Origin: an uncultured delta proteobacterium
Lineage (GTDB): Bacteria; Myxococcota_A; Polyangia; Polyangiales; Polyangiaceae
DNA length: 64,000 nt
Reading direction: 5' to 3'
Assembly (NCBI GenBank): GCA_963716725.1
Contig: CAVQUB010000005.1
Span: 416,001 to 480,000, forward strand
This document shows, one piece after another, positions 41,582 to 52,781 of the stretch. Every line of letters begins with the position of its first letter. The stretch's first letter is position 1. The position numbers and the translations under genes were made by a program. Under the pieces are notes generated by a model. That model worked only from the letters and a program-made list of their open reading frames with translations. It was not told the origin of the DNA and did not search any database.

Positions 41582-42093
41582 GCAGAAAAGATCTCTTGGA
41601 TCTCACCTTCGATGCTGGCGGCGGTCACCTTCTTCGCCAGCGCGAGCTCCTGGATCAACAGCGATCGGGCCTGATCGAGCAAGCGTCGCTCGCCGAAGGA
41701 GAGATCTTTGTCGAACTTGAGCCGGTACATGTCGCGCAGCACCTTGGCGATCTCGGCGGGCAGCCCGCTCTTCAGCATCTCGGTATACGCACGGAAGCGT
41801 CGGTTCCAAGGCTGGACGTCCACTGCGACTTCCGGCGCACGCAAGATGTCCAGGATCTTTTCGGCTTCCTTCTTCTTCATGACCGCACGAAGTCCCACGC
41901 GGGACGCAGCCTCGGTGGGCACCATCACCTTCAGATCCGAATCGACGATCTTCAGGACGTAGCAAGTCGTGCGATGTCCTCCGAAGTCTTTTTCCTCGAG
42001 CTGAACAACTTCACCAACCCCGTGCGAAGGATGCACGGCCCGGTCACCAACTTTGAAACTGGGCGCGATCGAACCATTAACCTGCGACTGCAT
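41578..42093 (-). CDS. cdnL: CarD/CdnL family RNA polymerase-binding regulator
   Basis: 'FKVGDRAVHPSHGVG', 'KVMVP', 'WNRRFRAYTEMLKSG', 'LSFGERRLLDQAR'; no AT-hooks. Confidence 0.88.
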   Translation of the reverse strand: MQSQVNGSIAPSFKVGDRAVHPSHGVGEVVQLEEKDFGGHRTTCYVLKIVDSDLKVMVPTEAASRVGLRAVMKKKEAEKILDILRAPEVAVDVQPWNRRFRAYTEMLKSGLPAEIAKVLRDMYRLKFDKDLSFGERRLLDQARSLLIQELALAKKVTAASIEGEIQEIFSA

Positions 42094-42220
42094 GTCCACT
42101 CCTGCTCGGCTCGTCGGGGTCCCCCTGAACGACAAGTCGGTGGCGCTTACTACGAGCAGACTGCCCGGGTCAATCACGACGCGCCCTCGGCCGAGAAATG
42201 GGTCGGCAAAGCCAGCGGGA

Positions 42221-43243
42221 TCAAGGCAAGTCGGTGCTCTTCTCAGTCGGAGGCTTCAAGTCCAGGATTTCCCAGACTTCGGCCATCACCGCGGCTCGCA
42301 AGCCCTGCGCCAGGGGCAAAGCGTCCACCTCGACGCTCAGGCGCACGGAGTCTGGGGTCGCAACCACCGTGGGAGGCGCAGCCTGGTCGAGCCCCAGGAG
42401 CTTCCCGAGACCGCTCCGGCTCAGATCCTCCCAGGCTAGCCCCACCTGCGTCGTGGGATCGACTTCGGCTGAGCCAAAGCTGCCCGAGATGACCACCACC
42501 GCAGAGAGGCGACCGTCGGCGGCCGGGCGCACGGCGATGGCGACCGCTGTGGCTGCCACGAGCAGGCCGCGGGCACCCCGGGTCCACTCCCCGCTGAAAG
42601 GCCCCGGAGCATAGAAACGCACGGGCGCCGACTCGAGGTCTTTGATCGGAAGCGACGACAGGGCCGAGCCTCGAAGCGCAGACGGAGACTTGGTGAGCTT
42701 CTTGCGCGCATAGAGCTCGACGACTCGAGCGGGCAGCGCCGAGCCGACGGAGACCGCGACCAGCCGTTCATCGACGCGCACCATGGTCTCCGGGGTCTGA
42801 CCCACGACGCCCGACAGCCGATGGATGCGCGGGTGAGGGCGGGCAACGCGAACTCCAGCCAGCAGTCGCTCGGCGAAGCGCTCCTCGGCGAGCGTCGAGC
42901 GCGAGCGCGAGTCAGCGACGTAAAGCGTCGCGTGATCGAAACCGGCGACGAGCCCGGCGTCGAGCGTGCGCAGATCGACGCCGCTCGACTTCGAGAACGC
43001 GTCGAGGCGTTCTTTTGGCAGGAGCAGATCGATGGCCCGGGCCAGCGCGGGGTCCGACGCGATCTCTTTGGGGCGTCCCAAGACCATCCAGCGCAGCCCG
43101 GCCGATGGCACGTAGTCGCTGAGGGGCCCGTCGTGCAGCGGTGGTGCTTCGGAGGTTGCGCTCTTGGGCGGTGGGGGCGTCGCGCCGCCGCCGCAGCCGA
43201 GGGTGAGGACCGCAGCCAGGCACAGCGCGCCGAGCGCCTTCAC
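42221..43243 (-). CDS. hypothetical lipoprotein
   Basis: GTG start overlapping the tyrS stop; '[16 protein letters not shown]' lipobox. Confidence 0.75.
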   Translation of the reverse strand: MKALGALCLAAVLTLGCGGGATPPPPKSATSEAPPLHDGPLSDYVPSAGLRWMVLGRPKEIASDPALARAIDLLLPKERLDAFSKSSGVDLRTLDAGLVAGFDHATLYVADSRSRSTLAEERFAERLLAGVRVARPHPRIHRLSGVVGQTPETMVRVDERLVAVSVGSALPARVVELYARKKLTKSPSALRGSALSSLPIKDLESAPVRFYAPGPFSGEWTRGARGLLVAATAVAIAVRPAADGRLSAVVVISGSFGSAEVDPTTQVGLAWEDLSRSGLGKLLGLDQAAPPTVVATPDSVRLSVEVDALPLAQGLRAAVMAEVWEILDLKPPTEKSTDLP

Positions 43244-44460
43244 GGGGCGACCCGGATCCGACAGAAGCGGCGGTTCTTGGAGCCGACCCGGACCAGGTAG
43301 CTGCCACCCGCGTCCAGGGCGTGCAGCCCGTCCTTCACGACGCTGCCGTCGACCTCCACGCCGCCGCCTTGAATCAAGCGTCGGCCCTCGCCGTTGGAGC
43401 TGGCCAGCCCCGCCTGGGCCAGCGCCTTGGCGAGCAGCAGCTTGCCGCCCTGCGACGGGAGCTCGGTCTCCGGCACTTCGTCCGGCACGCCGTCGCCCAG
43501 GTAGGTCGCTCGGAAGGTCGCTTCCGCGCTCGTCGCCGCTTCCGCGCTGTGGAAGCGCGAGACGACCTCGGTAGCGAAGGCCGCCTTGGCCGCGATCGGA
43601 TCGCCGCCCTCGCGCAGAGCCGCGATTTCCAGCGACGTGCGGGCCGACAAGAGCTCGAAGAAGCGCCAGATCACCTGGTCGCCAATCTGCATGCACTTGC
43701 GGAACATCGTGACCGGCGCCTCGGTGAGGCCCACGTAGTTGTCCGCGGACTTGCTCATCTTCTTGCCGACCACCCGGCCATCTTCGATGCGTGCGTCGAT
43801 GCCTTCGAGGATCGGCGTGGTCAGCACCAGCTGTGGCTTCTTGCCGTAGCGCTGCATCAGATCGCGGCCGACCATCAGGTTGAAGAGCTGATCGGTTCCT
43901 CCCAGCTCGACGTCGGATTCTAGCGCCACCGAGTCGTAGCCCTGCAGCAGCGGGTACAGCAGCTCGTGCAGGTAGATGTCCCTGTGCTGGTCGAGGCGCT
44001 CACGGAAGTCCCGTCGCTCGAGGGTTCTGGCGACCGTGCGCTTGGCAGCGAGCTCGACCAGTTTGTCGAGCGAAAGACCGGCGAGCCACTCGCTGTTGTA
44101 CCGAACCACCGTCTTGTCCGGGTCCAGCACTCTAAAGGCCTGTTCTTGATAGGTTTTCGCCGAGGCGAGGACCTCGTCGCGGGTCAGCTGCGGGCGCATC
44201 TCGTTCTGCCCCGTGGGATCACCGACCATCGCGGTGAAGTCGCCGATCAAGAACGTCACCTCGTGACCAAAGTCCTGGAACTGACGCATCTTCTGGAGCA
44301 AGACGGTGTGCCCGAGGTGCAGATCGGGACGGGTCGGATCGAACCCCGTCTTGATCTTCAGCGGTCGTCCTTCGCGCAGGCGATCGAGCAGCTCGTCTCG
44401 CTGGACGAGATCCACGACCCCACGGGTCAGCTCAGTGAACTGTTCTTCGGCGCTGGCCAT
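43240..44460 (-). CDS. tyrS: tyrosine--tRNA ligase
   Basis: '[13 protein letters not shown]', 'YPLLQGYD', 'ELGGTDQ', KMSKS; C-terminal S4 domain. Confidence 0.97.
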   Translation of the reverse strand: MASAEEQFTELTRGVVDLVQRDELLDRLREGRPLKIKTGFDPTRPDLHLGHTVLLQKMRQFQDFGHEVTFLIGDFTAMVGDPTGQNEMRPQLTRDEVLASAKTYQEQAFRVLDPDKTVVRYNSEWLAGLSLDKLVELAAKRTVARTLERRDFRERLDQHRDIYLHELLYPLLQGYDSVALESDVELGGTDQLFNLMVGRDLMQRYGKKPQLVLTTPILEGIDARIEDGRVVGKKMSKSADNYVGLTEAPVTMFRKCMQIGDQVIWRFFELLSARTSLEIAALREGGDPIAAKAAFATEVVSRFHSAEAATSAEATFRATYLGDGVPDEVPETELPSQGGKLLLAKALAQAGLASSNGEGRRLIQGGGVEVDGSVVKDGLHALDAGGSYLVRVGSKNRRFCRIRVAP

Positions 44461-44538
44461 ACGAAAGCCTCCGGAAGGAGAGTGATTTCTCGCTCTCCTT
44501 GCCGCGTCCTCGCCGGGAAAGCTACTCGGGAAGCGCGC

Positions 44539-44865
44539 TCAATCGTCGTCGTCGTCGCTGTCGTCGCCGCCGCTGATCGCGGTGTGTCGGCTCGCGTTCA
44601 CGAGCTCTTTGAGTTCTTTGCCGACCTTGAAGAACGGCAAGCGCTTCGCCGGAACGGGAACCGGCTGGCCGGTGCGCGGGTTGCGGCCGTCGTAGGGTTT
44701 GTACGGGCGCACCGTGAAGCTCCCGAAGCCCCTGATTTCAATGCCTTCGCCTTTCTGCAAGGCCTCGGTCATCGCGTCGAAGACGCAATTGACGACCATC
44801 TCGGCGCGGGCCTTGGTGAGCTCCCCACGGGCTGCGATGGCTTCGATGAGCTCGCTCTTGGTCAT
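44539..44865 (-). CDS. ihfB: integration host factor/HU family DNA-binding protein (IHF beta-like)
   Basis: 'MTKSELIE', 'IEIRGFGSF', 'GRNPRTG', 'PFFKVGKELKE'; acidic tail. Confidence 0.85.
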   Translation of the reverse strand: MTKSELIEAIAARGELTKARAEMVVNCVFDAMTEALQKGEGIEIRGFGSFTVRPYKPYDGRNPRTGQPVPVPAKRLPFFKVGKELKELVNASRHTAISGGDDSDDDDD

Positions 44866-44941
44866 GCCCCTCGAGCCTCCTCCGGAAAGCCCGATGTTTT
44901 GCCCTAACGCCTCAATTGTCAACGCCTTTTCGTGGCGGAAC

Positions 44942-46906
44942 CTAGCGGGCCACGGGCCGGAGGGCCAGTTCGTCCAGGACCAGGAGGTCTCCGGCCGCGG
45001 CAATTCGCAGCCGGAAAGGCCCTTTGTCCAGCAGGATCGGGGGCCCGGACGCCTCGAAGCACTCGCCGGCCCGAGCGCCCCACCGAGCGGTCCAGGAGAC
45101 GCCCCCGGCGGCGAGGTCGGCGTTCGCGGGGCCGTCCCGAAGGGGTACCCAGCGGGACACGACCTGGTAGCTCCCGGCCCTGTCGGTCATCAGCTCGAGA
45201 TCGACGTCGGCGTTCACCAGCGCGAGGCCGTAGCCACCGCCGGCGCAGGTCGCCCCCGGGTAGGCGGGGTGCGCGTAGCCGCGCCGCACCGCGAGCGGCG
45301 GCCACTCGGCGCCGGCCTCGACCTCCCGGCTCTCATGGGGCAGGTAGGGTTCGAGCCGCGGCGGCGCCGCGCGGGGGCTGGCGTCGAAGATGTATCGGAA
45401 CGTCGGCGGACGGCCCAGTGCGTCGAAGAGAAGCCAGTCGTGCGCATCGTCGCGGAAGCGAGCGACCACCAGCCCGCGGGTGGCGTCCCGGGCGCCGGGC
45501 GCCAGGCCCAGGTTCAATCCGTGATCGGTGTTCACGAGCACGAGCCCACGGGTCACGCCGGCGTGCTGCAAGACCTTCGGCTCGAACATGGGTCGTCCAC
45601 CTTCGCGATCGCGCAGCGACTCGTGCATGCGGCTCGCGTGAACGCCGAACGCGATGCACATTGCTCCCGGTGCGAAGCGTGCGAGTCGCAGGCGCATGAG
45701 CCCCCACGCGACCAGCGCGTGCTCGACGGGCAAAGCCTCGGCGTAGAGTCGGGCTCCACCGCCGGGGTAGTTGCCATCGAAGTAGAACGGCGCGTAGGCC
45801 GCTATCACTGCCAGCAGCACCAAGCCGGAGAGACGAACAGCGCGCTCGCGGCGCCCGATGAAGAGCGAAACGGGGACCAGCGCGTAGAGCGGCCATGCGT
45901 TGAGCAGATCGCCGAAGTGCATCCAGAGTCGCCGCGACGTGGTCCCGAGCACGGACGCCAGGTCATGGCCCCGGGCAAGCCGCTCGCGCACGAAGTCGCC
46001 GTGCTCGAACACACAGCCGATGCCCTTGCCGAATCCATAGCGAAAGCAGCCCGGGGGGCCGTCGGCGAGGGCGTAGTACCGAAGCTGCGTCGAGGCGAGC
46101 CACGACCCGGTGGCGGCGTGCTGGTGCAAGGCGAGCAGCGCGAGTCCGGGCACTGCCCCGGCCGCGAGCAGCGCGAGGTCGACGCGACGACGCCGACCAC
46201 AGATCGAGGCGGCGAAGAGCGCAGCCACGACGCCCGTCACCGGTCGTGTCGCGATAAGCCAACCCAGCGCGAGCCCGGCGACGAGGGTCCAGCGCCTCCC
46301 CTTCAGCGATCCGAGCAGCGTCGCCGAAAACAGGATCGCTGCCCAGCCGTGGGACATGGTGTCGGCGGTGTGGTAGCGCAGCGCCGCGCAGAGCACTGAG
46401 AGCGTCGCGGCGAGCAGCGCGACGTCGTCTCTGCCGAAGAGTTCGCGCGCCAGCGCGTAGGTGACCCAGACCAAGAGTGCCGCGAGCACCGGACCGACCG
46501 CGAGGGGCGCGCCGACCAAGAACCCGATCGAGAGCAGGGCCGGGTAGCCCGGCGGGAAGAGCACCGTGAGCGTGGTCGCTTCGGGGGGAGTGAGCAGAAA
46601 CCGACCGCGGAACGAGCCTGAGGGATCCGGGACCGGAAAAGCGAAGTACCCTTCGGAGAGCGCCCGCGCCTCGAGAAAATAGCTCGTCGCGTCGATGATG
46701 CGTGGTCCACCCTTCAGGTAGTGGAGCAGGTAGCCCGTCGAGAGCAGCGTCGCTGTCAGCGCCAGCAGGCCGAGCGTGAGTCGAGGACGCGCGCGCACGA
46801 GCCTCGCGATGGGCTCTGCCCCCAGTCGTCCGGCGGCGACGGCGCCGAGACCCGCGAGCATGATCGCCCACGGAAGGCCTTCTCGCGGCAATCCGAAGGT
46901 GTCCAT
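44942..46906 (-). CDS. polytopic membrane protein, GT-C (ArnT/PMT-like) glycosyltransferase
   Basis: 'IIDATSYFLEA', 'FPPGYPALL', 'TYALARELF', 'TRPVTG'; many TM helices. Confidence 0.7.
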   Translation of the reverse strand: MDTFGLPREGLPWAIMLAGLGAVAAGRLGAEPIARLVRARPRLTLGLLALTATLLSTGYLLHYLKGGPRIIDATSYFLEARALSEGYFAFPVPDPSGSFRGRFLLTPPEATTLTVLFPPGYPALLSIGFLVGAPLAVGPVLAALLVWVTYALARELFGRDDVALLAATLSVLCAALRYHTADTMSHGWAAILFSATLLGSLKGRRWTLVAGLALGWLIATRPVTGVVAALFAASICGRRRRVDLALLAAGAVPGLALLALHQHAATGSWLASTQLRYYALADGPPGCFRYGFGKGIGCVFEHGDFVRERLARGHDLASVLGTTSRRLWMHFGDLLNAWPLYALVPVSLFIGRRERAVRLSGLVLLAVIAAYAPFYFDGNYPGGGARLYAEALPVEHALVAWGLMRLRLARFAPGAMCIAFGVHASRMHESLRDREGGRPMFEPKVLQHAGVTRGLVLVNTDHGLNLGLAPGARDATRGLVVARFRDDAHDWLLFDALGRPPTFRYIFDASPRAAPPRLEPYLPHESREVEAGAEWPPLAVRRGYAHPAYPGATCAGGGYGLALVNADVDLELMTDRAGSYQVVSRWVPLRDGPANADLAAGGVSWTARWGARAGECFEASGPPILLDKGPFRLRIAAAGDLLVLDELALRPVAR

Positions 46907-46910
46907 GACA

Positions 46911-49070
46911 TCAGCGTGGCTGAACCAGCCAGAGGTGATGGAGCGCGTGCTCGCCTTCGATGGCTTCCACCTCGACGGGCAGGCGCGCCTCGGCGAGGTC
47001 AGCGGGTAGCTCGAGGCCCAGCTCGATGAACCCATCGGCATGCTCGAAGGCGAGCTCACCCACAGGTCGATCGCCGATCTTCACCGCCAGCCGTCCGCGC
47101 CGTGGCGGAGCCATGCGCACGATGATCCGTGCCGAACGCCCCCTTTCGGGCCCGCGGAGGTCGAAACGTGCCCTGTGCCCCTGGGGAACGATCCGTCCGG
47201 CGTCGAACAAGTCGCGGTGCGGCTCCCGAGGGTGAGCCAAGCGCTTCATCTCGACGTGGGGGATCCCAATCGTGGTCGAGTAGGCATGCTCGCGCTCACT
47301 GACCACGTCGGCTAGATCGAGCTCGTCCACCACTGACTCGCGATCACCCAGGGAAAATGGCTTGTCGCTCCCGTCGAGGGCGCTCCAATCCGGTCGATAC
47401 AGGACCTTCGCCGCTCCGCCGCAGATCACGTTTCCGGTGACCGGGACCTCGCCTATCACCTGGCCGAACCAGAGCGGGAGCACGCCCCACCACGACGGGT
47501 AGAGGGCCATGATGTCCGGCCGCTCACCGGGCGGCATACGCTCGATGAGCTCGACCGCGGCGCCAACGCCCTGACGAGTGGCGCGGGCGAAGGGCAGTCC
47601 GTGCATGCCGCCGAGCCCGATGATGTCGAGGGCGGGTAGATCCGCGGCGTAGGGGATGGCGCCCGCGTCACCGAGCAGCACGCGGCGAGGAGGCGTGGGC
47701 CGCATGTCGCGCAGCAGTCGTCCGGTGCGGATGTGCTGGTCGCGGATGTTGCGCGATGCGCGGCCGAAGAACCAAACCTGATCCCGGAACTTGGGTCGGT
47801 GCAGGACCGCAAAGGTGCCCGCTGCGGACAACGCCAGCGAGGCCAGGACCACGCGCAGCACCACCCCGCGCCGGCCGAGAGCGAGCGTCTTCGTCACCGC
47901 CGCTCCCAGGCCGAGACAGGCGGCCAGGAGCACCCAGCTCAGAGCAGGCATCGTGTAGCGCTCGTTCTGCCAGCGCACCTGACCGTTCAGCGCCACCATC
48001 AGCACCCAGCAGATCGCGCTGGCCCAGAGCAGCAACGCCCAGCGACGAGTCTCACCAAAGGCGAGCGCGAGGGCGCCCAGCGCGAACGGCACGTAGCCCA
48101 CGGCGAAGGTGCCGCTGAGGTGGTACTCGGCGACCCGGCGTACCTGGTACTCGACGTGGAACTTCCAGGCGTTGTAGGCCTCAATGGCGCTCAGGTGCGG
48201 GTGGTGGAGTTCGAGCTTCACCAGGGCGCCGGCGGCAGTGGCGTCGCCCGTGAGGATCTTGTTCGCGAGGGTCTGCGCGACGAGGACGGCGGCGGCCGGA
48301 GCGCCGGCGATGATCGAAACCCAGAGCGCGCGTCGGGTCCCCAACGATCTTCTCACCGACCACCCCGCCGAGAGCGCGAAGACTGCGACGACCACCGCGG
48401 CCTCGGGCCGCGTCGCCACCAGCACGGCGCACCAGAAGCCGAGCAGCCCCGTCGCCAGCCACGGCCTCGCGGGCGCGCTCGAGCCCGGCACGCCGCGAGT
48501 GAGGTCGTCCCACGCGATCAGGGCCGCTCCCCAGACCGCCAAGAAGAACGCCACCTCCATGCCGCTGAACAAGCTCCACGCCAAGACGCCGATCCCCAGG
48601 AGCGCCGGCGGTACGAGGTAGCTCGTCGCGTTTGGCAGATCGCGGAACAGCCTGCGCGCAGCGAGCAAGAGCGCGAAGGTGGACACACACGCGATGACGC
48701 CTGCCCACACCATCAGCGAGAGCTTGCGGAAGCCGATCAGGTAGCCGAGCGACAGGACGAAGGGGTAGAGCAGGCTCGTGCCGCCGCTCGAGTAGCCGTT
48801 GCCCTCGGACCACTGAAAGGGATGGCCGCGGGCGCTGGCGCGGGCAAAGTCGAAGTGAATGAAGACGTCGTCCAGCGGACCGGACCAGTCGTTCGGGGAC
48901 GCCAAGGCTTGTCCCGAGGTGTAGAGGATCTGCTGGCGCATCGACCCATAGAACAGACACGCGACCCACAGCGTCGCCACGCCGGCCCACAAGGCATAGA
49001 CGGCGCGCTCTGCGCCTGCGCCGAGCCAGCGCGGAGCGTGACGGTCCCCGCTGGGTCGAGCCGCATCCAT
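46911..49070 (-). CDS. polytopic membrane protein, putative GT-C glycosyltransferase
   Basis: 'LDDVFIHFDFAR', 'GGTSLLYP', 'SGMEVA', 'TRPEA', 'ERYTMP', 'DAGAIPY..DIIGL'. Confidence 0.7.
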   Translation of the reverse strand: MDAARPSGDRHAPRWLGAGAERAVYALWAGVATLWVACLFYGSMRQQILYTSGQALASPNDWSGPLDDVFIHFDFARASARGHPFQWSEGNGYSSGGTSLLYPFVLSLGYLIGFRKLSLMVWAGVIACVSTFALLLAARRLFRDLPNATSYLVPPALLGIGVLAWSLFSGMEVAFFLAVWGAALIAWDDLTRGVPGSSAPARPWLATGLLGFWCAVLVATRPEAAVVVAVFALSAGWSVRRSLGTRRALWVSIIAGAPAAAVLVAQTLANKILTGDATAAGALVKLELHHPHLSAIEAYNAWKFHVEYQVRRVAEYHLSGTFAVGYVPFALGALALAFGETRRWALLLWASAICWVLMVALNGQVRWQNERYTMPALSWVLLAACLGLGAAVTKTLALGRRGVVLRVVLASLALSAAGTFAVLHRPKFRDQVWFFGRASRNIRDQHIRTGRLLRDMRPTPPRRVLLGDAGAIPYAADLPALDIIGLGGMHGLPFARATRQGVGAAVELIERMPPGERPDIMALYPSWWGVLPLWFGQVIGEVPVTGNVICGGAAKVLYRPDWSALDGSDKPFSLGDRESVVDELDLADVVSEREHAYSTTIGIPHVEMKRLAHPREPHRDLFDAGRIVPQGHRARFDLRGPERGRSARIIVRMAPPRRGRLAVKIGDRPVGELAFEHADGFIELGLELPADLAEARLPVEVEAIEGEHALHHLWLVQPR

Positions 49071-49228
49071 CGCGGCCGCTTCTAGCATTTGGGCTTGGAC
49101 GAAGGCCGTGGTGGCGGTTCTGGCTGAGAAATCGAGGCTTGCCCGGAGGCGACGGAGGCGCTCTACTACCTGCCTCCCCAAGCAATTCCTGCTTTGGACT
49201 GCACTTCCTCCACCCCCCGCTTCGCCGG

Positions 49229-51166
49229 ATGACGATGCGCTGGTTCATAGAGGTGTCTCGCCTCGGCGAGGACACACCTCTCGAAAAATACTGCCTCGAG
49301 GCCAAGCAGTGGCAAGCCGCGCTTCAAGAAGCGCGGAAGCGTCGCGGTGACACCGGGCCGCTCTCGAAGTTCTCCATCGAGCTGCTCGAGCACGGCTACC
49401 GCGCCGTCGATCCGAGCCAGAAGATCCGCTACCTCGTCAACAAAGCGCCGCCGGACGCCTCCCTTTCGCAGCCGCCGCCGCCTGGCCCCGGCCCCGCCGC
49501 CGCGCCGGGCTCGTTCCCCACGCCGACGGTCCTCAGCGAGCCGGTGATCAAGTCAACGGAGGACGTCGCGGCCTCCACCGATCCCATGGCGTCGCCGGCT
49601 CCTCACAGCGATCCCCTCGCGTCGGCGCCGAAGACCGATCCCATGGCCGCGCTGCCGCCGGAGTCCCACGCGCCGCGCACCGATCCACTGCCGCAGCCGC
49701 CGCCCATCCCGCCGGACGAAGTGCCGCCCATCGGCGCTGGCACGCCCTCGTCGACGACGCAGCCGATGTCCGCGCTGGGGTCGCCCTCGGAGCCGCCGCG
49801 GCCTGCCATCCACATGACCCAGCGCAGCATCGAGGCCGCGCGCGAGCCGGATTTCCAGGTCGTCAAGAAGCGTGAAGAAGAGCCGACCGATAAGACGCCG
49901 ATGCTCTATCGCGAGTACGCCTACGCGGTCAGGCCGGGCACCGAGCGCGCGAGCACCGAGGTCCTGCTGTGGCTTCGCTTCCGCGAGCTCCGCACGGCGC
50001 TCGAGCAGCGATCCGAGCGTAAGTTCATCCAGCTGGCCGTCTTCGACCACGTCTTCGAGAAGAAGCCCGCGCGCGCGCCCATCGCCACGCTGATGTGGAA
50101 GGACTGGCGGGGCGACGCGGTTGTCCAGTTCCCGGATCCGGACGGGCCCGTGATCTCAATGGCGCCGCCGGCGGTGACTGCGCCGCCACCGGCGGCGGAG
50201 GCCGCGGTGACGCTGCCGCCGACCAACGTCGTGTCGATAGAGCCCGCGCCGGTTGCTCTGACGGAGCCTGGGGCGCCGCCGACCATTCTGACCGCCCCGC
50301 AGCAGGACCCGGCGCCCGCCGTCTCGCAACCCTTCGCGCCCGCGCCCTCATCACCCACCGCGTCGCAGCGCCCGCTCGCGGAAGAGGTCCTGGGGTCCGC
50401 CTCCGTCGCACCGACCGCTCCAGGTGCCGAGCCCGCTCCCTCGGGTCCGGTCACGACTCCGCTCACACCCGGACCGGCCGCGGCGGCTCAGCCGGTCCCC
50501 GTGGAGGCTGCGAAGCCAGCGCCCACACCATCGGCGCCGCCACCGCCGTCGGAACCCGCGAAGCCCGCGCCCGCGCCCGCCGCTGCAGCGGAACCGCCCG
50601 CTCCGACCCCGGCCACCGCGCCGCTCAAGCGCCGCGCGGATGAAGATCTGATCGGCGAGCTCTTCGAGTCGATGCACGATCTGCATTTCATGCCGGACAT
50701 GATGAGCGGCGTGGAGTTCGTGCTCGGCATCCTGAACAAGACGCTGCCGAGCGAGGCCGTGCTGATCCACGTCTTCGACATCAATCTGCGCCAGTTCGTG
50801 GTGGTCCGCGCCTTCGGCGCGTCCCCGCAAGCCGTGACGCTGCATCGGACGCCAGACCGCGAACCAATGTTCCAGCGCGTGATGCGAGGCACCCGCTCGG
50901 TCGTCACGAAGAACGCCTCCAGCGAAGCGGCATACCGCGCCGAGCGCTGGGGGCTGCTGAACGTCCTGCCCGAGGTCGCCATCGTCGGGCCGGTTCAGCA
51001 GCAGGGTCGCTTCCTCGGAGCCATCGAGTTGGCCAACCCACTGGGCGGGGGCGCCTACACCGAGCACGAGTCCCACGCACTCGACTACATTTGCGAGCAG
51101 CTCGCCGACTTCTTGGCAGCGCGGCCCATCATCGTCGATGCCGACGTGGTGCTCGGCAAGCACTGA
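49229..51166 (+). CDS. Pro-rich multidomain protein with C-terminal GAF domain
   Basis: Two Pro/Ala-rich linkers; C-terminal 'IVGPVQQQGRFLGAIELAN..YTEHESHALDYICEQLA'. Confidence 0.8.
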   Translation: MTMRWFIEVSRLGEDTPLEKYCLEAKQWQAALQEARKRRGDTGPLSKFSIELLEHGYRAVDPSQKIRYLVNKAPPDASLSQPPPPGPGPAAAPGSFPTPTVLSEPVIKSTEDVAASTDPMASPAPHSDPLASAPKTDPMAALPPESHAPRTDPLPQPPPIPPDEVPPIGAGTPSSTTQPMSALGSPSEPPRPAIHMTQRSIEAAREPDFQVVKKREEEPTDKTPMLYREYAYAVRPGTERASTEVLLWLRFRELRTALEQRSERKFIQLAVFDHVFEKKPARAPIATLMWKDWRGDAVVQFPDPDGPVISMAPPAVTAPPPAAEAAVTLPPTNVVSIEPAPVALTEPGAPPTILTAPQQDPAPAVSQPFAPAPSSPTASQRPLAEEVLGSASVAPTAPGAEPAPSGPVTTPLTPGPAAAAQPVPVEAAKPAPTPSAPPPPSEPAKPAPAPAAAAEPPAPTPATAPLKRRADEDLIGELFESMHDLHFMPDMMSGVEFVLGILNKTLPSEAVLIHVFDINLRQFVVVRAFGASPQAVTLHRTPDREPMFQRVMRGTRSVVTKNASSEAAYRAERWGLLNVLPEVAIVGPVQQQGRFLGAIELANPLGGGAYTEHESHALDYICEQLADFLAARPIIVDADVVLGKH

Positions 51167-51184
51167 ATGTGTGTTTGAAGGGCC

Positions 51185-52778
51185 ATGGCCGTCCGGACCC
51201 GGCGCGAGCGTGTCCTCACGTTCTTCTTCGTTCCGGCGCTCGTCTTCGCCGTGATCGTCCTGCTCGGCGTCACCTTCAGGAACAGCTTTCAGCTCGAGAA
51301 GCTCCGCGAGCAGTCGGTCGTCGAGGCCACGCTGACGCTGGCCAACGAGAAGGCCGATCGGCTCGACAAGCGCATCATCGAACAGGACAACGCCGTTCTG
51401 TCGTTGGTGGACGTCACCGACCGCGACGGCTTTGGCCAGCAGTGGTTGAAGGTTGCGGCGCGACAGACGCCCACCATCAGCAACCTGTTTCTGGTCGACC
51501 TCGACTCGCCGGCGCAGGAGGTGGTCGCCTTCGCGACCCGCGTCCCCGCTGCAGGCCGAGGCGGAGCGCCGGGTCTTCGTCCGAGAACTCTTGCCCGAGC
51601 TGGAGCTGGGCGAACCACAGACGCAGCTCCGCCACCTGCACAAGACCGTCGACGGGCAGAGTCACCTGGTCAGTTATTGGCAGCGGGAAGCGCGTGGTCG
51701 GCGGCTCCTCTTGGCGGCCTGGCACGACGTGCCGCGAGTCGTGCACGACCTGTTTCCCGCGCTCTACTCCGAGCGTGATCAGAACACCCGCGTCAACGTG
51801 GTGGACGAGAGCTCCCGCGTGGTGTTCGGCCCGAGCCTGACCCGTGGCAGCTTCACGCTCGGTCGGCGCTTCGAGACCACGCTCTACAAATGGCGAGTCA
51901 ACGTCACCTTGGTCAGCGCTGCCGAACTCACCGAAGCGGTGGCCCGCCGCCGCACCCTCGAGCTGCTGTTGGTAGCCACGTCGTGGCTGGTCGTGCTCGT
52001 CGGGCTCACGGTCGTGCTCGTCGCCGTGGCACGAGAGCGCAAGCTCTCGAACCTGAAGAGCGACTTCGTCGCAAACGTCTCCCACGAGCTCAAGACGCCG
52101 CTCTCCTTGGTGCGAATGTTCGGTGAGCTCCTCCAGAGCGGGCGGGTCGAAAACGACGAGAAACGCGACCAATACCTCAAGATCATCGTGTCGGAGAGCG
52201 AGCGTCTGGGCTCGCTGATCGAGAACGTGCTCGACTTCGCCAAGGTCGAGCGAGGCAAGGCGGCGTACCATTTTGCGACGGCCGATGTGCGAGACGTCGT
52301 GACCCGAGCGGTGGAGGTCTGCCGTGTTCGGGCCCAACGCGAGCAGGTCGATCTGGTGCTGACGCATGCCGACGACCTCCCGCCCGCAGAGATTGACGAG
52401 CGCGCGCTGGAGATCGCCGTGATCAATCTGGTCGACAACGCGCTCAAGTACGCGCCAGACGGGCGTCGGGTTCTGGTCTCAACGCATCGCACCAATGACC
52501 ACGTCGAGATCCGGGTCGCGGACGAGGGCCCCGGAATCGCCCTGGAAGACCGCAAGCGGATCTTCGAGAGATTCGAGCGAGGACGCGGCGTGCAGTCCAA
52601 GCAGATCCGCGGCAGCGGCATCGGGCTGGCCTTGGTCAAGCACATCGCGGAGGCGCATGGGGGCCGGGCCTGGTGTGAGCCGGTGGACCCTCGGGGGAGC
52701 GCGTTTGCGCTCACCGTGAAGCTGGCCGAAAAGGGCGGACGCTCCCCGAGCATCGCGCCGCGCCCCTCCGTGGTCTGA
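51185..52778 (+). CDS. membrane sensor histidine kinase (frameshift near 51548)
   Basis: TM1 in ORF 51185; H-box 'FVANVSHELKTPL', 'NLVDNALKY', 'DEGPGI', 'GSGIGL' in ORF 51453. Confidence 0.92.
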
Positions 52779-52781
52779 GCG

